64,000 nucleotides of DNA from an uncultured Streptomycetaceae bacterium (GCA_964521405.1 CAZFRR010000065.1:357-64356), one strand, 5' to 3'; counted from the first letter of the stretch, positions 9,670 to 18,983 are shown. Numbers and translations are program-made. The notes: generated by a model from the letters alone, not told the origin.

Positions 9670-10635
9670 ATGGCAAACTCGGCGCAACCTCCGGTTACGG
9701 TCATCATGACTCAGATCATGACTCAGCACATCGAAAAGGTCATCGCACAAGTCGGCAGCATCATCCTGGGCAAGGAAGGGCAGATCCGGCTTGCCATCGC
9801 CTGCCTGCTGGCGCGCGGCCACCTGTTGATCGAGGACATACCGGGCGTGGGGAAAACCATGCTGGCGCACGCGCTGGCGACTTCACTCGGGCTGGCGTTC
9901 CAGCGCATCCAGTTCACCAGCGATCTCCTTCCCGCCGACATCATCGGGGTCTCCACCTACAACCGCGACAGCGGCGGCTTCCAGTTCCACCCCGGCCCGA
10001 TCTTCAGCCAGGTCGTGCTGGCCGACGAGGTCAACCGGGCGACACCCAAGGCGCAGAGCGCGCTGCTCGAGGCGATGGAGGAGCACCAGGTGACGACCGA
10101 GGGCGAAACCCGGCACCTGCCCGAGCCGTTCTTCGTGATCGCAACGCAGAATCCCTCCTACCAGGTGGGCACGTTCCCGCTGCCCGAGTCGCAGCTTGAC
10201 CGCTTCCTCATGCGCATCCACCTGGGCTACCCGGACGGAGAGGCGGAACGCGCGCTGTTGCAGGGCGTGGACCGGCGCGATCTCCTCGCAACGCTCAAGC
10301 CCGTCATGAACCCGCAGGAATTGGCGGCGCTTCAGCTGAGCGCGCAGCAGGTCCACGCTTCGAATGCCCTGCTCGATTACGTGCAGGCGCTGACCGACCA
10401 TACCCGCCGTTCAGCGGACTACATCAACGGGCTGTCGCCGCGCGCCGCGCTTGCGCTGCTGCACGCCGCCCGCGCCTGGGCCTTGATGGCGGGACGTTCC
10501 CACGTCGTGCCGGAGGACGTGCAAGCCGTGCTGCCCGTGGTCGTCGGCCATCGCCTGGTCCCCACCGCCGAAATCACCCGGGCCAATGGCGCCGACGTGG
10601 CGCAGCAACTCATCAAACAGGTCGCCATACCATAA
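9670..10635 (+). CDS. MoxR-family AAA+ ATPase
   Basis: 321 aa. Walker A PGVGKT, Walker B LADEVNR and VIATQNP are present, with typical MoxR length. Confidence 0.92.
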   Translation: MANSAQPPVTVIMTQIMTQHIEKVIAQVGSIILGKEGQIRLAIACLLARGHLLIEDIPGVGKTMLAHALATSLGLAFQRIQFTSDLLPADIIGVSTYNRDSGGFQFHPGPIFSQVVLADEVNRATPKAQSALLEAMEEHQVTTEGETRHLPEPFFVIATQNPSYQVGTFPLPESQLDRFLMRIHLGYPDGEAERALLQGVDRRDLLATLKPVMNPQELAALQLSAQQVHASNALLDYVQALTDHTRRSADYINGLSPRAALALLHAARAWALMAGRSHVVPEDVQAVLPVVVGHRLVPTAEITRANGADVAQQLIKQVAIP

Positions 10636-10636
10636 T

Positions 10637-10712
10637 GTTCCGGGTTCCGGGTTCCGGGTTGATGTGAACCTTGAACCTTGAACCTTGAACTCGGAACTCG
10701 GAACTCGGAACC
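10637..10712. repeat. Short-period array hairpin, GGTTC / GAACC flavour
   Basis: Left arm: 3 x GTTCCGG plus GTT (10637-10660). Loop: GATGT. Right arm: 3 x GAACCTT, 3 x GAACTCG, then GAACC (10666-10712). It fills the whole 81-nt moxR-DUF58 spacer. Confidence 0.9.
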
Positions 10713-10716
10713 AGGT

Positions 10717-11682
10717 ATGTACGCCGCCCTCAAGAACCGCTTCTACGACTGGCTGTTTCGGCTGCAGGGACGGGAGTCCGGCGTGATCGTGCTGGTGCAG
10801 CGGCGGGTTTTCATCCTGCCCTCGCGCCAGGGCCTGATGTTCGCCGTGGTGCTCCTGGTCATGCTCACCGGCTCGATCAATTACACGCTGGGCCTGGGCT
10901 TCGTGCTCACTTTTCTGCTGGTCGCGCTGGGCGTGAACGCCATGGTCCATACTTTCCGCAACCTGGCGAACCTCAGGGTGACGGCCGGCCGCTCGCATCC
11001 CGTGTTCGCCGGCGACATCGCGCAATTCATGGTTTACCTGGAAAACGGGGCCGATAACACCCGCTACGCCATCGGCCTCACCCAGGACCGGCAGCAAGCG
11101 ACATTCGTCGACGTGCCACCCCGGGCGATCGTGCCGGCATCGATTGGAATTCCCGCCCCGCGCCGCGGCGTGCTGCAACCGGGCCGGCTGACCCTCTTTA
11201 CCCGCTTCCCCCTCGGCCTCTATTACTCCTGGTCGTACGTCGAGTTCGACATGCGCTGCCTTGTCTATCCCCGCCCGGCAACCCCGGGCATCCCGCTGCC
11301 GCCCGCGACAGCGAGCTCCGGCACCGGCGCAGAGCACGGGCGGGGGCAGGAGGATTTTTCCGGATTGCGCCAGTACCATCTGGGCGATTCGCCGCGCCAT
11401 ATCGCGTGGAAAGCAGCCGCCCGGGACCAGGGGCTGCTCACCAAGCAGTTCAGCGGGCGCGCCGACACCGAGTTGTGGCTCGACTGGACCCAGCTGCCCC
11501 CGCAAATGGGTGTGGAGGAACGCCTGTCCCACCTGGCCCGCTGGGTGCTGGATGCGCATGCTGCCGCGATTTCCTACGGCCTGCGGCTGCCGGGCGTAAC
11601 GGTGGACCTGGCCGCCGGCGAGGCGCAGCGGGAGCGCTGCCTGGAAGCGCTTGCGCTTTTTGATCAAGAGCGTGATTCGTGA
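10717..11682 (+). CDS. DUF58 (vWA-like) protein
   Basis: ORF 10678..11682. The ATG at 10717 (MYAALKNRF) avoids the repeat-derived N-terminus. The DUF58-typical segment DFSGLRQYHLGDSPRHIAW is present. Confidence 0.88.
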   Translation: MYAALKNRFYDWLFRLQGRESGVIVLVQRRVFILPSRQGLMFAVVLLVMLTGSINYTLGLGFVLTFLLVALGVNAMVHTFRNLANLRVTAGRSHPVFAGDIAQFMVYLENGADNTRYAIGLTQDRQQATFVDVPPRAIVPASIGIPAPRRGVLQPGRLTLFTRFPLGLYYSWSYVEFDMRCLVYPRPATPGIPLPPATASSGTGAEHGRGQEDFSGLRQYHLGDSPRHIAWKAAARDQGLLTKQFSGRADTELWLDWTQLPPQMGVEERLSHLARWVLDAHAAAISYGLRLPGVTVDLAAGEAQRERCLEALALFDQERDS

Positions 11683-11783
11683 TGGGTGATTCGTCCCGTT
11701 CCAATGTCCACTTCCGGAGACGTGCGCGTAGGTCATCGACCAATTACTCGATAGAAATCATTGGAACGGGATTCGTGAATCGG
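11672..11783. repeat. Hairpin element with GTGATTC-type arms and a perfect 12-bp stem
   Basis: GTGATTC GTGATGG GTGATTC (11672-11692) overlaps the DUF58 stop. The perfect stem is CCCGTTCCAATG (11695-11706) paired with CATTGGAACGGG (11759-11770), followed by GATTCGTGAATCGG. Confidence 0.8.
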
Positions 11784-11796
11784 AATACGGCACTCA

Positions 11797-11838
11797 GAAC
11801 CTGAAACTCGAATCCCGGAACTCGGAACGCGGAACGTG
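11797..11838. repeat. Lone 7-nt array (GAACCTG AAACTCG AATCCCG GAACTCG GAACGCG GAACGTG)
   Basis: Read directly. The last unit contains the GTG start codon (11836) of the transglutaminase-like gene. Confidence 0.8.
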
Positions 11839-13791
11839 ACTGACCAGAAACAGCCGATCGCCTGGCACCACGTGGTCTACCTGCTGGTGTCGCTGACGAT
11901 GGTTGCGGCGCCGCACAGCTACCATTTGCCGTGGTGGACGATCGCGCTCGTATCCACCCTCATCGCATGGCGCGCCTACCTGGGATACGCCAGCCTCTCC
12001 CTGCCGAACCGCTGGTTCCTGTTCCTGATCGCCGCGGGCGCGACCCTTGGCGTCTTCGTGAGTTACCGGACCATCTTCGGGCGTGATGCGGGAGTGGCGT
12101 TGCTCGTGGTCATGCTCGGGCTGAAGTTTCTCGAGACGCGCACGCTGCGCGATGCGGTGCTCCTGATCTTCCTCGGTTACTTCCTGGTGATCACCAATTT
12201 CCTGCGCGACCAGACCATACCCACCGCGTTCTACATGCTCGCCTGCACGCTGGTCATCACCGCGACCATGATCAGCCTGAATTACGCGCGCACCGAGCCT
12301 CCCTTCCGCGTTCAACTTCGCCAGGCGGGGGTCATGCTCGCCCAGTCAGTGCCGCTGATGCTGGTGCTGTTCCTGCTCTTTCCCCGCGTCCCCGGGCCGC
12401 TCTGGGGCCTGCCCCAGGACACTTTCACCGGTGTGAGCGGCTTGTCCGATACCATGACCCCCGGCAGCCTTTCCCGGCTCACCCTGTCCGACGAAGTCGC
12501 TTTCCGGGTGAAGTTCGAGTCCGAGATCCCGCGCCTGAGGAACCTCTACTGGCGCGGCCCGGTGATGTGGGATTACGACGGCCGGGGCTGGAAAGTGTCG
12601 CGTTTCTTCTACAACGTTCCGAGAATCGAGGTATCGGGCGATCCGGTCGAGTACGAAATCACGCTCGAAGCGCACAACCGGCGCTGGCTGTTCGCGCTCG
12701 ATGTGCCCGGCAAAGTGCCGCCGCTCGCTTTCGTGGGCGGGGACTTCCAGCTCTTCTCCAGCGATCCGGTGGTGAAGCGCATGCGCTACGGCATGCTCTC
12801 CTACCTGAATGCCACGTATGGACAGGCGGAGAACCGATTCGCGATCCGCCGTGCCTTGGAACTGCCTGACGGCTCCAACCCGCAGGCCCGGTCGCTCTCG
12901 CGCGAGCTGCGAAAAAAGCACGCCGACGACCTGGCCCTCGTTTACGAGGTGCTGCAGATGTTCCGCGGCCAGGATTTCTTCTACACCCTCGAGCCGCCGC
13001 TCCTCGGCGATCACCCGGTGGACGAGTTCCTGTTCAAGACCCGCGCCGGATTCTGCGAGCACTACGCGTCCGCCTTCGCGGTGCTGATGCGGGGAGCGGG
13101 AATCCCCGCGCGCATCGTGACCGGTTACCAGGGCGGGCAAATCAACGACTTCGGCAACTATCTGATCGTGCGCCAGGCGGATGCCCACGCCTGGACCGAG
13201 ATCTGGCTGAAGGACCGGGGCTGGATGCGCATCGATCCGACTTCCGCGGTCTCGCCATTACGGGTGGAGTCAGGCCTCTCCGCCGCGGTGCCGGGCAGCG
13301 ATATCCTGCCCCTGATGGTGCGCGGCGGCTTCGAGTGGATGTTCCAGTTGCGCTTGAGCTGGGACTTCATGGCCAACTCCTGGAACCAGTGGGTGCTGGG
13401 CTACACCCCGGAGCGGCAGGTGTGGCTGCTGTCCCGCGCCGGCATCGACAACGCCACCTGGCAGAAGTTGACGGCGATGCTCTTTTTCCTGGGAGGCGTC
13501 ATCGTCGCCGTGTTCATTGCGCTGGCGCTGCGCCAGTTGAAAGGCCGGGTGCGCGACCCGGTCAAGGCCGCTTACCTGCGGTTTTGCGACAAGCTGCGGC
13601 GCAAGGGGCTGCCGCGCTCGCCCGCGGAAGGCCCCGTGGACTATGCGCGCCGGGTGGAAACCGCACGGCCCGATCTCACCCCCGCCGTCTCCGCCATTAC
13701 CCGGCTCTACATCATGCTTCGCTACAGCACGGAATCAGGCGCCGCGGCGCTGGCTGAATTACAGCTTCGGGTCCGGCAGTTCAGCGCCTGA
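11836..13791 (+). CDS. Transglutaminase-like membrane protein (DUF3488-type N-terminus plus TGase core)
   Basis: 651 aa with several N-terminal hydrophobic helices. Cys-His-Asp core context: GFCEHYASAF, DAHAWTEIW, RIDPT. Confidence 0.9.
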   Translation: MTDQKQPIAWHHVVYLLVSLTMVAAPHSYHLPWWTIALVSTLIAWRAYLGYASLSLPNRWFLFLIAAGATLGVFVSYRTIFGRDAGVALLVVMLGLKFLETRTLRDAVLLIFLGYFLVITNFLRDQTIPTAFYMLACTLVITATMISLNYARTEPPFRVQLRQAGVMLAQSVPLMLVLFLLFPRVPGPLWGLPQDTFTGVSGLSDTMTPGSLSRLTLSDEVAFRVKFESEIPRLRNLYWRGPVMWDYDGRGWKVSRFFYNVPRIEVSGDPVEYEITLEAHNRRWLFALDVPGKVPPLAFVGGDFQLFSSDPVVKRMRYGMLSYLNATYGQAENRFAIRRALELPDGSNPQARSLSRELRKKHADDLALVYEVLQMFRGQDFFYTLEPPLLGDHPVDEFLFKTRAGFCEHYASAFAVLMRGAGIPARIVTGYQGGQINDFGNYLIVRQADAHAWTEIWLKDRGWMRIDPTSAVSPLRVESGLSAAVPGSDILPLMVRGGFEWMFQLRLSWDFMANSWNQWVLGYTPERQVWLLSRAGIDNATWQKLTAMLFFLGGVIVAVFIALALRQLKGRVRDPVKAAYLRFCDKLRRKGLPRSPAEGPVDYARRVETARPDLTPAVSAITRLYIMLRYSTESGAAALAELQLRVRQFSA

Positions 13792-13797
13792 AATCAT

Positions 13798-13920
13798 GTT
13801 CCGGGTTCCGGGTTCCGGGTTCCGGGTTCCGGGTTCCGGGTTCCGGGTTCAAGATTGGAGTGGGCTGCAAATGGAGGATTCCGACTTTGAACTCGGAACT
13901 TTGAACTCGGAACCTTGAAC
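13798..13920. repeat. Short-period array hairpin, GGTTC / GAACC flavour
   Basis: Left arm: 7 x GTTCCGG plus GTTCAAG (13798-13853). The core is 29 nt. Right arm: GACTTTG AACTCGG AACTTTG AACTCGG AACCTTG AAC (13883-13920). The copy number was checked against the translation of ORF 13643..13918. Confidence 0.9.
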
Positions 13921-13927
13921 GCCTGTT

Positions 13928-14818
13928 TTAGGCGGGCGGGAGCAGCTTGACCGGATCCACCGGCTTGCCAAAGCGGCGGATCTCGAAGTGGAGCTTGACC
14001 TGATCGGTGTCGGTCGAGCCCATCTCCGCGATCCTCTGGCCCTTGGAGACGGCCTGCCCTTCCTTCACCAGCAGTTCGTTGTTGTGCGCGTAGACGCTCA
14101 AGAAGGTGTCGTTGTGCTTGATCACGATCAGCTTGCCGAAGCCGCGTATGCCGGTGCCGCTGAAGATCACCCGGCCCGGTGCGCTCGCCAGCACCGGCTG
14201 GCCCAGCTTGCCGGCGATGCCAATGCCTTTCAGGTTGGCACTGTCGTTGAAAGTGCTGACCACCTTGCCGCTGGCCGGCCAGCTCCAGGCAACACCCTCG
14301 CCCCCTTCTTCGCGGGCGGCAGGGCGAGCTTCCGGCTTGGCCAGCTGGGCGTAAGCCTGGTCCGAGTATGGCGCCCGTACCGCCTTGGGCTGGGTCTTGA
14401 CGTTGTCGCCGGCAGCCGCCGTCTCTCCGATCGGGCGTCCCTGCACTCCAGGGGCCGCCTTGAACGGCGCAGCCGTCGCCGCGGATGAAGGCGAACTCAG
14501 CCGCAACTGCTGGCCGATACGGATGACCCCGGGGTCCGTAATGTTGTTCCACTGGGCCAGCTCGCGATAATCGAGGCCGTGGTCGAGCGCGATGCTGAAA
14601 AGGGTATCGCCCTTCCTGACAGTATAGAAGTCAGGGCGTGTATCCGCTGGCTTCAAGGCGGGCGTGACCGGTGCGAGCTTGATCGGCGTGGGCTTCGCCG
14701 CCGCCGGTCTCGCCTCGGGCGATCGATCTGAAACGGGTGCGCCGCTGCGGGTGGAGCAACCTGCCGCAAACGCCGCTACCAGCACGAATGCCAGCGCAAT
14801 TTCTTGAACTCGGAACAT
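13928..14818 (-). CDS. nlpD: LysM / M23-peptidase lipoprotein NlpD
   Basis: Lipobox AAGC, LysM segment YTVRKGDTLFSIA, and a C-terminal M23 domain. surE-pcm-nlpD synteny supports the call. Confidence 0.92.
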   Translation of the reverse strand: MFRVQEIALAFVLVAAFAAGCSTRSGAPVSDRSPEARPAAAKPTPIKLAPVTPALKPADTRPDFYTVRKGDTLFSIALDHGLDYRELAQWNNITDPGVIRIGQQLRLSSPSSAATAAPFKAAPGVQGRPIGETAAAGDNVKTQPKAVRAPYSDQAYAQLAKPEARPAAREEGGEGVAWSWPASGKVVSTFNDSANLKGIGIAGKLGQPVLASAPGRVIFSGTGIRGFGKLIVIKHNDTFLSVYAHNNELLVKEGQAVSKGQRIAEMGSTDTDQVKLHFEIRRFGKPVDPVKLLPPA

Positions 14819-14840
14819 TGAACTCGGAACTCGGAACGGG
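14806..14840. repeat. Lone 7-nt array (GAACTCG GAACATT GAACTCG GAACTCG GAACGGG) spanning the nlpD start codon
   Basis: Read directly. The complement of CAT at 14816-14818, inside unit 2, is the nlpD ATG. Confidence 0.8.
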
Positions 14841-14848
14841 GGTGTCGT

Positions 14849-15511
14849 CTAGCCGACACCCCGCAGCAAGGGCACGAAGACGACCGGGTCCATGCGCCTT
14901 TCGACAAAGCCTTTTTCATTGCGTTCGATCACGTAGAGATGCTGTTCGTTCTTGATTTCCATGGGCAAAATCATTCTACCACCGAGCTCGAGCTGCTCGA
15001 TCAGCGCCTTGGGCGCCTGCGTCGCTGCAGCGGTAATGACGATCGCGTCGAACGGCGCGACTTCAGGCATGCCCACGTGCCCGTCGCCGTGGCGCAGGTG
15101 CACCTTGGTGATGCCCGCCTCGCGCAGGTGCTTGCGCGCCTTGCGGATCAACGCGGCGATGCGCTCCATCGAGTACACCTGCCTCGCGATCTTGGCGAGC
15201 ACCGCCGTCTGGTAGCCGCAGCCGGTGCCGATCTCCAGCACCTTGGCGAGCGGCCGGCCGTTGCGCGCCAGCTCCGTCATGCGCGCGACGGTATGGGGGC
15301 TGGATATGGTCTGCCCGAAACCGAGCGGCAGCGCGATGTCCTCGTAGGCGCGGCTCGCGATGGCCTCGTCCACGAAGATGTGGCGGGGCAGCTCCCCCAT
15401 GACCGCCAGGACCGTCTCGTCGCGGATGCCCAGTCCGCGCAGGCGCTCGATCATGCGCAGCCGCGTGCGCTGCGACGTCATCCCGATGCCGGGGTGCCGT
15501 TCCGAAGCCAT
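14849..15511 (-). CDS. pcm: Protein-L-isoaspartate O-methyltransferase
   Basis: 220 aa with SAM-binding segment [13 protein letters not shown]. Synteny supports the call. Confidence 0.95.
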   Translation of the reverse strand: MASERHPGIGMTSQRTRLRMIERLRGLGIRDETVLAVMGELPRHIFVDEAIASRAYEDIALPLGFGQTISSPHTVARMTELARNGRPLAKVLEIGTGCGYQTAVLAKIARQVYSMERIAALIRKARKHLREAGITKVHLRHGDGHVGMPEVAPFDAIVITAAATQAPKALIEQLELGGRMILPMEIKNEQHLYVIERNEKGFVERRMDPVVFVPLLRGVG

Positions 15512-15554
15512 TAGAACCCGACTCTGCTCCAGGAGGAATCGCCTGGAGCCCTCA

Positions 15555-16301
15555 TCACTGGTCCACCAGCCAGGAGCTGACCGATTCGAGCTGGGCGTAA
15601 CGCGTCAAGTCCATTTGCAGCGGCGTGATCGAGACGCGGTCCGCGGCAATGGCATGAAAGTCGGTGCCTTCACCTGCGTCCTGCGCACCGCCGGCGGCGC
15701 CGACCCAGTACACCTTCTCACCTCGCGGCGTGGTGGACTTCACCACCCGCTCCGCCTTGTGCCGCTTGCCGAGCCGCGTCACCTGGAAGCCGCGCAACTT
15801 CGAGTACTCGACGTCGGGAACGTTGACATTGAGCAGTACGGGCGCACCGAGCGGCTTGCGCTGAAAGCGGCCGACCAACTCCACCGCAACCTGCCCGGCG
15901 GTGCGGAAATGGTCCCCGCCCTCGGCCACCAGGGAGATCGCGATCGAGGGTATGCCCAGCAGGAACCCTTCCGTCGCCGCCGCGACCGTTCCCGAATAAA
16001 TCGTGTCATCACCCATGTTGGCGCCGTGATTGATGCCGGCGATGACGATATCAGGCAACTCCTTCAGCAACCCAGTCACCGCCAAGTGCACGCAGTCCGT
16101 GGGAGTGCCATTGACGTAATAGAGGCGGCCCTGCGCGCGGCGCACCGTGAGCGGGCGATCGAGCGTCAGTGAGTTGCTCGAGCCGCTGCGGTCGCGCTCC
16201 GGCGCCACCACCGTGACCTCCGCCAGGGGCGCAAGCATCTCCGCCAGCAGCGTGATGCCCGGCGCAAAATAGCCGTCGTCGTTACTCAACAGGATGCGCA
16301 T
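15555..16301 (-). CDS. surE: 5'/3'-nucleotidase SurE
   Basis: 248 aa with N-terminus [15 protein letters not shown]. Synteny supports the call. Confidence 0.95.
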   Translation of the reverse strand: MRILLSNDDGYFAPGITLLAEMLAPLAEVTVVAPERDRSGSSNSLTLDRPLTVRRAQGRLYYVNGTPTDCVHLAVTGLLKELPDIVIAGINHGANMGDDTIYSGTVAAATEGFLLGIPSIAISLVAEGGDHFRTAGQVAVELVGRFQRKPLGAPVLLNVNVPDVEYSKLRGFQVTRLGKRHKAERVVKSTTPRGEKVYWVGAAGGAQDAGEGTDFHAIAADRVSITPLQMDLTRYAQLESVSSWLVDQ

Positions 16302-16477
16302 GGGAAGAGTGCCTGACTGCCGGATTTACCAAGGGTGAGCCCGCTTACCGGCATGCAGGTCGCGGTGGGTTGAAGTCATCATGGCAGCGCAAAAATTGTA
16401 ACATGCCACATCTGCTCGCCGGCTCAATCAGTGGGATCCCAGGCGTTTTTTCAATCAGGAAATTGGCGGCCCTGCCG

Positions 16478-17374
16478 TCAATTTCCTACTACGTCGCTCC
16501 AGCGCGGACATTCCCTCTCACCCAGCGGCTTGTCCCAGGGCTGGTAATTGGAGCGGTCGACGATGCTCACCGGCAAGATGATCTCGGCGGGCACAGCCTC
16601 GCCCCGCAAGTGGCGTAGCGCAGCCTCGGTGGCGATGCAGCTGATCTTCAACGCGTCAAAGTCCACGGTGGCCAGCAGTTTCCCGGCCTTGATCGAGTCG
16701 ATTGCTTCGGGCAGCGCATTGACGCCTATGACCGGCACGCGGCGGCCGGCGGCTTCGAGCGCTGAGAGTATGCCGAGAGACATGACGTCGTTCGCCGAGA
16801 GCACACCGTCCATGCGGGACGAACCCTGGAGCCACTCCGCCATTACCCGCCTCGCCGTGTCCTCCTGGTAATCTCCGGTCAGGTTGGCGACGATGCGCAC
16901 GCCCGGGCATTCCTTGACGGCGTCGAGGAAGCCGCGCACCCGATCCAGGCTGGTGACCGACCCCGGCACGCCTCCCATCATTACCACGTCGCCCTTGCCG
17001 CCCAGATGCCGGAACAGGTAAGCGGCGATATCGCGGGCGAGCCGGTAATCGTCCGACCCCACGAAGCTGACGAAGCGGCCTTCGGCAAGCCGGTTTATAT
17101 AGTTGACGACCGGTATGCCGGCGGCGTTCAACTGGCGCACCGAGGCATTGAGCGCGGTCAAGTGCACCGGCACGAACACCACGGCGTCGGGACGCGCGGC
17201 GATCGCCTGCTCGACCAGCGCGATTTGCTCTTCGACGTCGTCCGGCTTGACCGGAACGAAATGGAGGATGCGCGCCTCATTCCGCGCGGCAGTCCTTTCG
17301 GCGCCGAGGCGCGCGGCCTCGTAGGCCGGGTTAGTGCGGTTCTTGGTGAAAACCGCGATCGTTTCATCAGCCAC
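16478..17374 (-). CDS. Periplasmic-binding-protein/LacI-fold sugar-binding-like protein without a signal peptide
   Basis: 298 aa with a GTG start. It shows an RbsB-like type I PBP fold pattern. The N-terminus MADETIAVFTKNRTNPAY has no hydrophobic leader. No ABC permease or ATPase gene is adjacent. Confidence 0.7.
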   Translation of the reverse strand: MADETIAVFTKNRTNPAYEAARLGAERTAARNEARILHFVPVKPDDVEEQIALVEQAIAARPDAVVFVPVHLTALNASVRQLNAAGIPVVNYINRLAEGRFVSFVGSDDYRLARDIAAYLFRHLGGKGDVVMMGGVPGSVTSLDRVRGFLDAVKECPGVRIVANLTGDYQEDTARRVMAEWLQGSSRMDGVLSANDVMSLGILSALEAAGRRVPVIGVNALPEAIDSIKAGKLLATVDFDALKISCIATEAALRHLRGEAVPAEIILPVSIVDRSNYQPWDKPLGERECPRWSDVVGN

Positions 17375-17396
17375 TAAAAACCCCGAACAATAATAG

Positions 17397-17486
17397 CCAC
17401 AGAGGGCACAGAGGACACAGAGATTTCAAATGCGGGCGCGGACCGGTTGGTCTTGATTCCCTCTGTGATCTCTGTGTTCTCTGTGG
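17397..17486. repeat. Short-period array hairpin, 9-nt period, CACAGAG+NN / CTCTGTG+NN flavour
   Basis: Left arm: CCACAGAGGGCACAGAGGACACAGAGAT (17397-17424). Right arm: CCCTCTGTGATCTCTGTGTTCTCTGTGG (17459-17486). The core is 34 nt. Confidence 0.85.
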
Positions 17487-17503
17487 CAGAAGTGTTTGCG
17501 ATT

Positions 17504-18358
17504 TCAAACCCCAGGCGGAGCGAACGGCCGGTCGTGGGTCAGCGAGGGCAGCATCCCGCGCACCTTCCCGACCTGGTCAAGGTCGAGTTCGGCGTACACC
17601 ACGCCCGGCACGTCTCCGCCATCGGCAAGCACCTCGCCCCACGGGTCGATCACCAGCGAGTGGCCATAAGTCGTGCGCTTGCCCGGGTGATCGCCGCACA
17701 ATGCCGGCGCAATGACGAAACTCGCATTCTCGATCGCGCGCGCGCGGAGCAACACGTGCCAGTGCGCTTTGCCGGTCTCGCGCTGGAAGGACGAAGGTAT
17801 CGCCAGCATCACCGCGCCGCGCTGGGCGAGCGCCCGGTAGAGTTGCGGAAAGCGCAGGTCATAGCACACCGTCATCCCGAGCCCGCCCCACGGCGTCGCG
17901 GCCACCACCGCGCGCTCACCCGGCCGGTAGGCGCTCGACTCCTTGATCACCGTGCCGCTGGGAAGCGTCGCGTCGAACATGTGGATCTTGTCGTAGGAGG
18001 CGACGACCTGGCCTTCCGCCGAGATGAGGAACGAGCGGTTGTAGATCCGGCCGTCGTCGCTCAGGAGCGTGAGCGACCCCACCAGCTGCCAGATCCCCAG
18101 CTCCCGCGAGAGCGCGGTGAGCCTGGAGAGCGCGGGCTCGCCACTTTCCTTCAAAGCCTTTTCGCGCATGGTGCGGCCGCTGCCGTCCATCATCAGCGCG
18201 TATTCAGCGGAAAAGACGAACTTCGCGCCGCCGGCCGCCGCCTCGCGCGTCATCGCGGTCAGCGTCGCCAGATTCGCTTCGAAATCGTTTCCCGAGTTGG
18301 TTTGCAGACAGGCGATACGGACGGTACGTCCCGTCTCGGGAGCGGGAGCGTCGCTCAT
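17504..18358 (-). CDS. Carbon-nitrogen hydrolase family protein (Nit / omega-amidase-like)
   Basis: ORF 17504..18442. The likely start is the ATG at 18358 (MSDAPAPETGRTVRIACLQ), overlapping the GST stop as ATGA. Catalytic Glu-Lys-Cys contexts: FSAEY, KIHMFD, VCYDLRFP. Confidence 0.85.
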   Translation of the reverse strand: MSDAPAPETGRTVRIACLQTNSGNDFEANLATLTAMTREAAAGGAKFVFSAEYALMMDGSGRTMREKALKESGEPALSRLTALSRELGIWQLVGSLTLLSDDGRIYNRSFLISAEGQVVASYDKIHMFDATLPSGTVIKESSAYRPGERAVVAATPWGGLGMTVCYDLRFPQLYRALAQRGAVMLAIPSSFQRETGKAHWHVLLRARAIENASFVIAPALCGDHPGKRTTYGHSLVIDPWGEVLADGGDVPGVVYAELDLDQVGKVRGMLPSLTHDRPFAPPGV

Positions 18359-18966
18359 CACTGGGGCACAGTCGCCTTCACCGACGGCCGCTGCGCGATC
18401 TTCGCGTACCATTTCTCGAGCGCAGGATGCTGCGCGCGCCACTTTTCATCCGGGAAGCGGAAATCCAGGTAACCCAGCACGCAGGCCGCGGTGATCCCGC
18501 CGATGGCAAAGCGCTCGCCCCAGCCGGCGCACTCCTTCTCCAGCGCATCCAGGCCGCCCCTGACTTTGCCGAACTGGCCCGCAACCCAATCGCCCCATTG
18601 CAGCGCCTGCGGCCGCACCGCGCCCTCGTAGCGCATGAGAACCGCGGCCTCGAGTATGCCGTCGCCGAGCGCCTGCAGCCGCAGCTCGCGCCAGCGCTCC
18701 GTCCCCGCTTTCGGAAACAGTGGCTTGCCGCCGTGCAGGCTGTCGAGGTACTCGCAGATCACCGCCGAGTCATAGAGCGTACCCTCGCCCGGCGTGGACA
18801 GCGCCGGAATCTTGACCAGCGGATTCTCCTGCTCCAGCTCCACATGCGGCTTGACCGGGCTCACCATGATGCTGACCTCCTCGATGCGGCCATCGAGGCC
18901 GGTTTCCCGGGCCAAGATGCGCACCTTGCGCGCAAACGGTGATAGAGGATTCATCCAGAGTCGCAT
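18358..18966 (-). CDS. Glutathione S-transferase family protein
   Basis: ORF 18358..19032. The likely start is at 18966 (MRLWMNPLSPFARKV). It has a thioredoxin-like N-terminal domain plus a helical GST C-terminal domain. Confidence 0.85.
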   Translation of the reverse strand: MRLWMNPLSPFARKVRILARETGLDGRIEEVSIMVSPVKPHVELEQENPLVKIPALSTPGEGTLYDSAVICEYLDSLHGGKPLFPKAGTERWRELRLQALGDGILEAAVLMRYEGAVRPQALQWGDWVAGQFGKVRGGLDALEKECAGWGERFAIGGITAACVLGYLDFRFPDEKWRAQHPALEKWYAKIAQRPSVKATVPQ

Positions 18967-18983
18967 GTGCCACCTCTCCTTAA

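Noticed and set aside
16432-16487. The TGGGATCCCA palindrome followed by GGCG-T6, and a 9-bp hairpin AGGAAATTG/CAATTTCCT overlapping the PBP-fold gene stop. I considered these as a plus-strand small-RNA terminator.
   Set aside because: The palindrome has no loop, so the stem is effectively 3 bp. There is no convincing upstream promoter, and the T-run is on the wrong strand for the flanking genes. The evidence is too weak to call.
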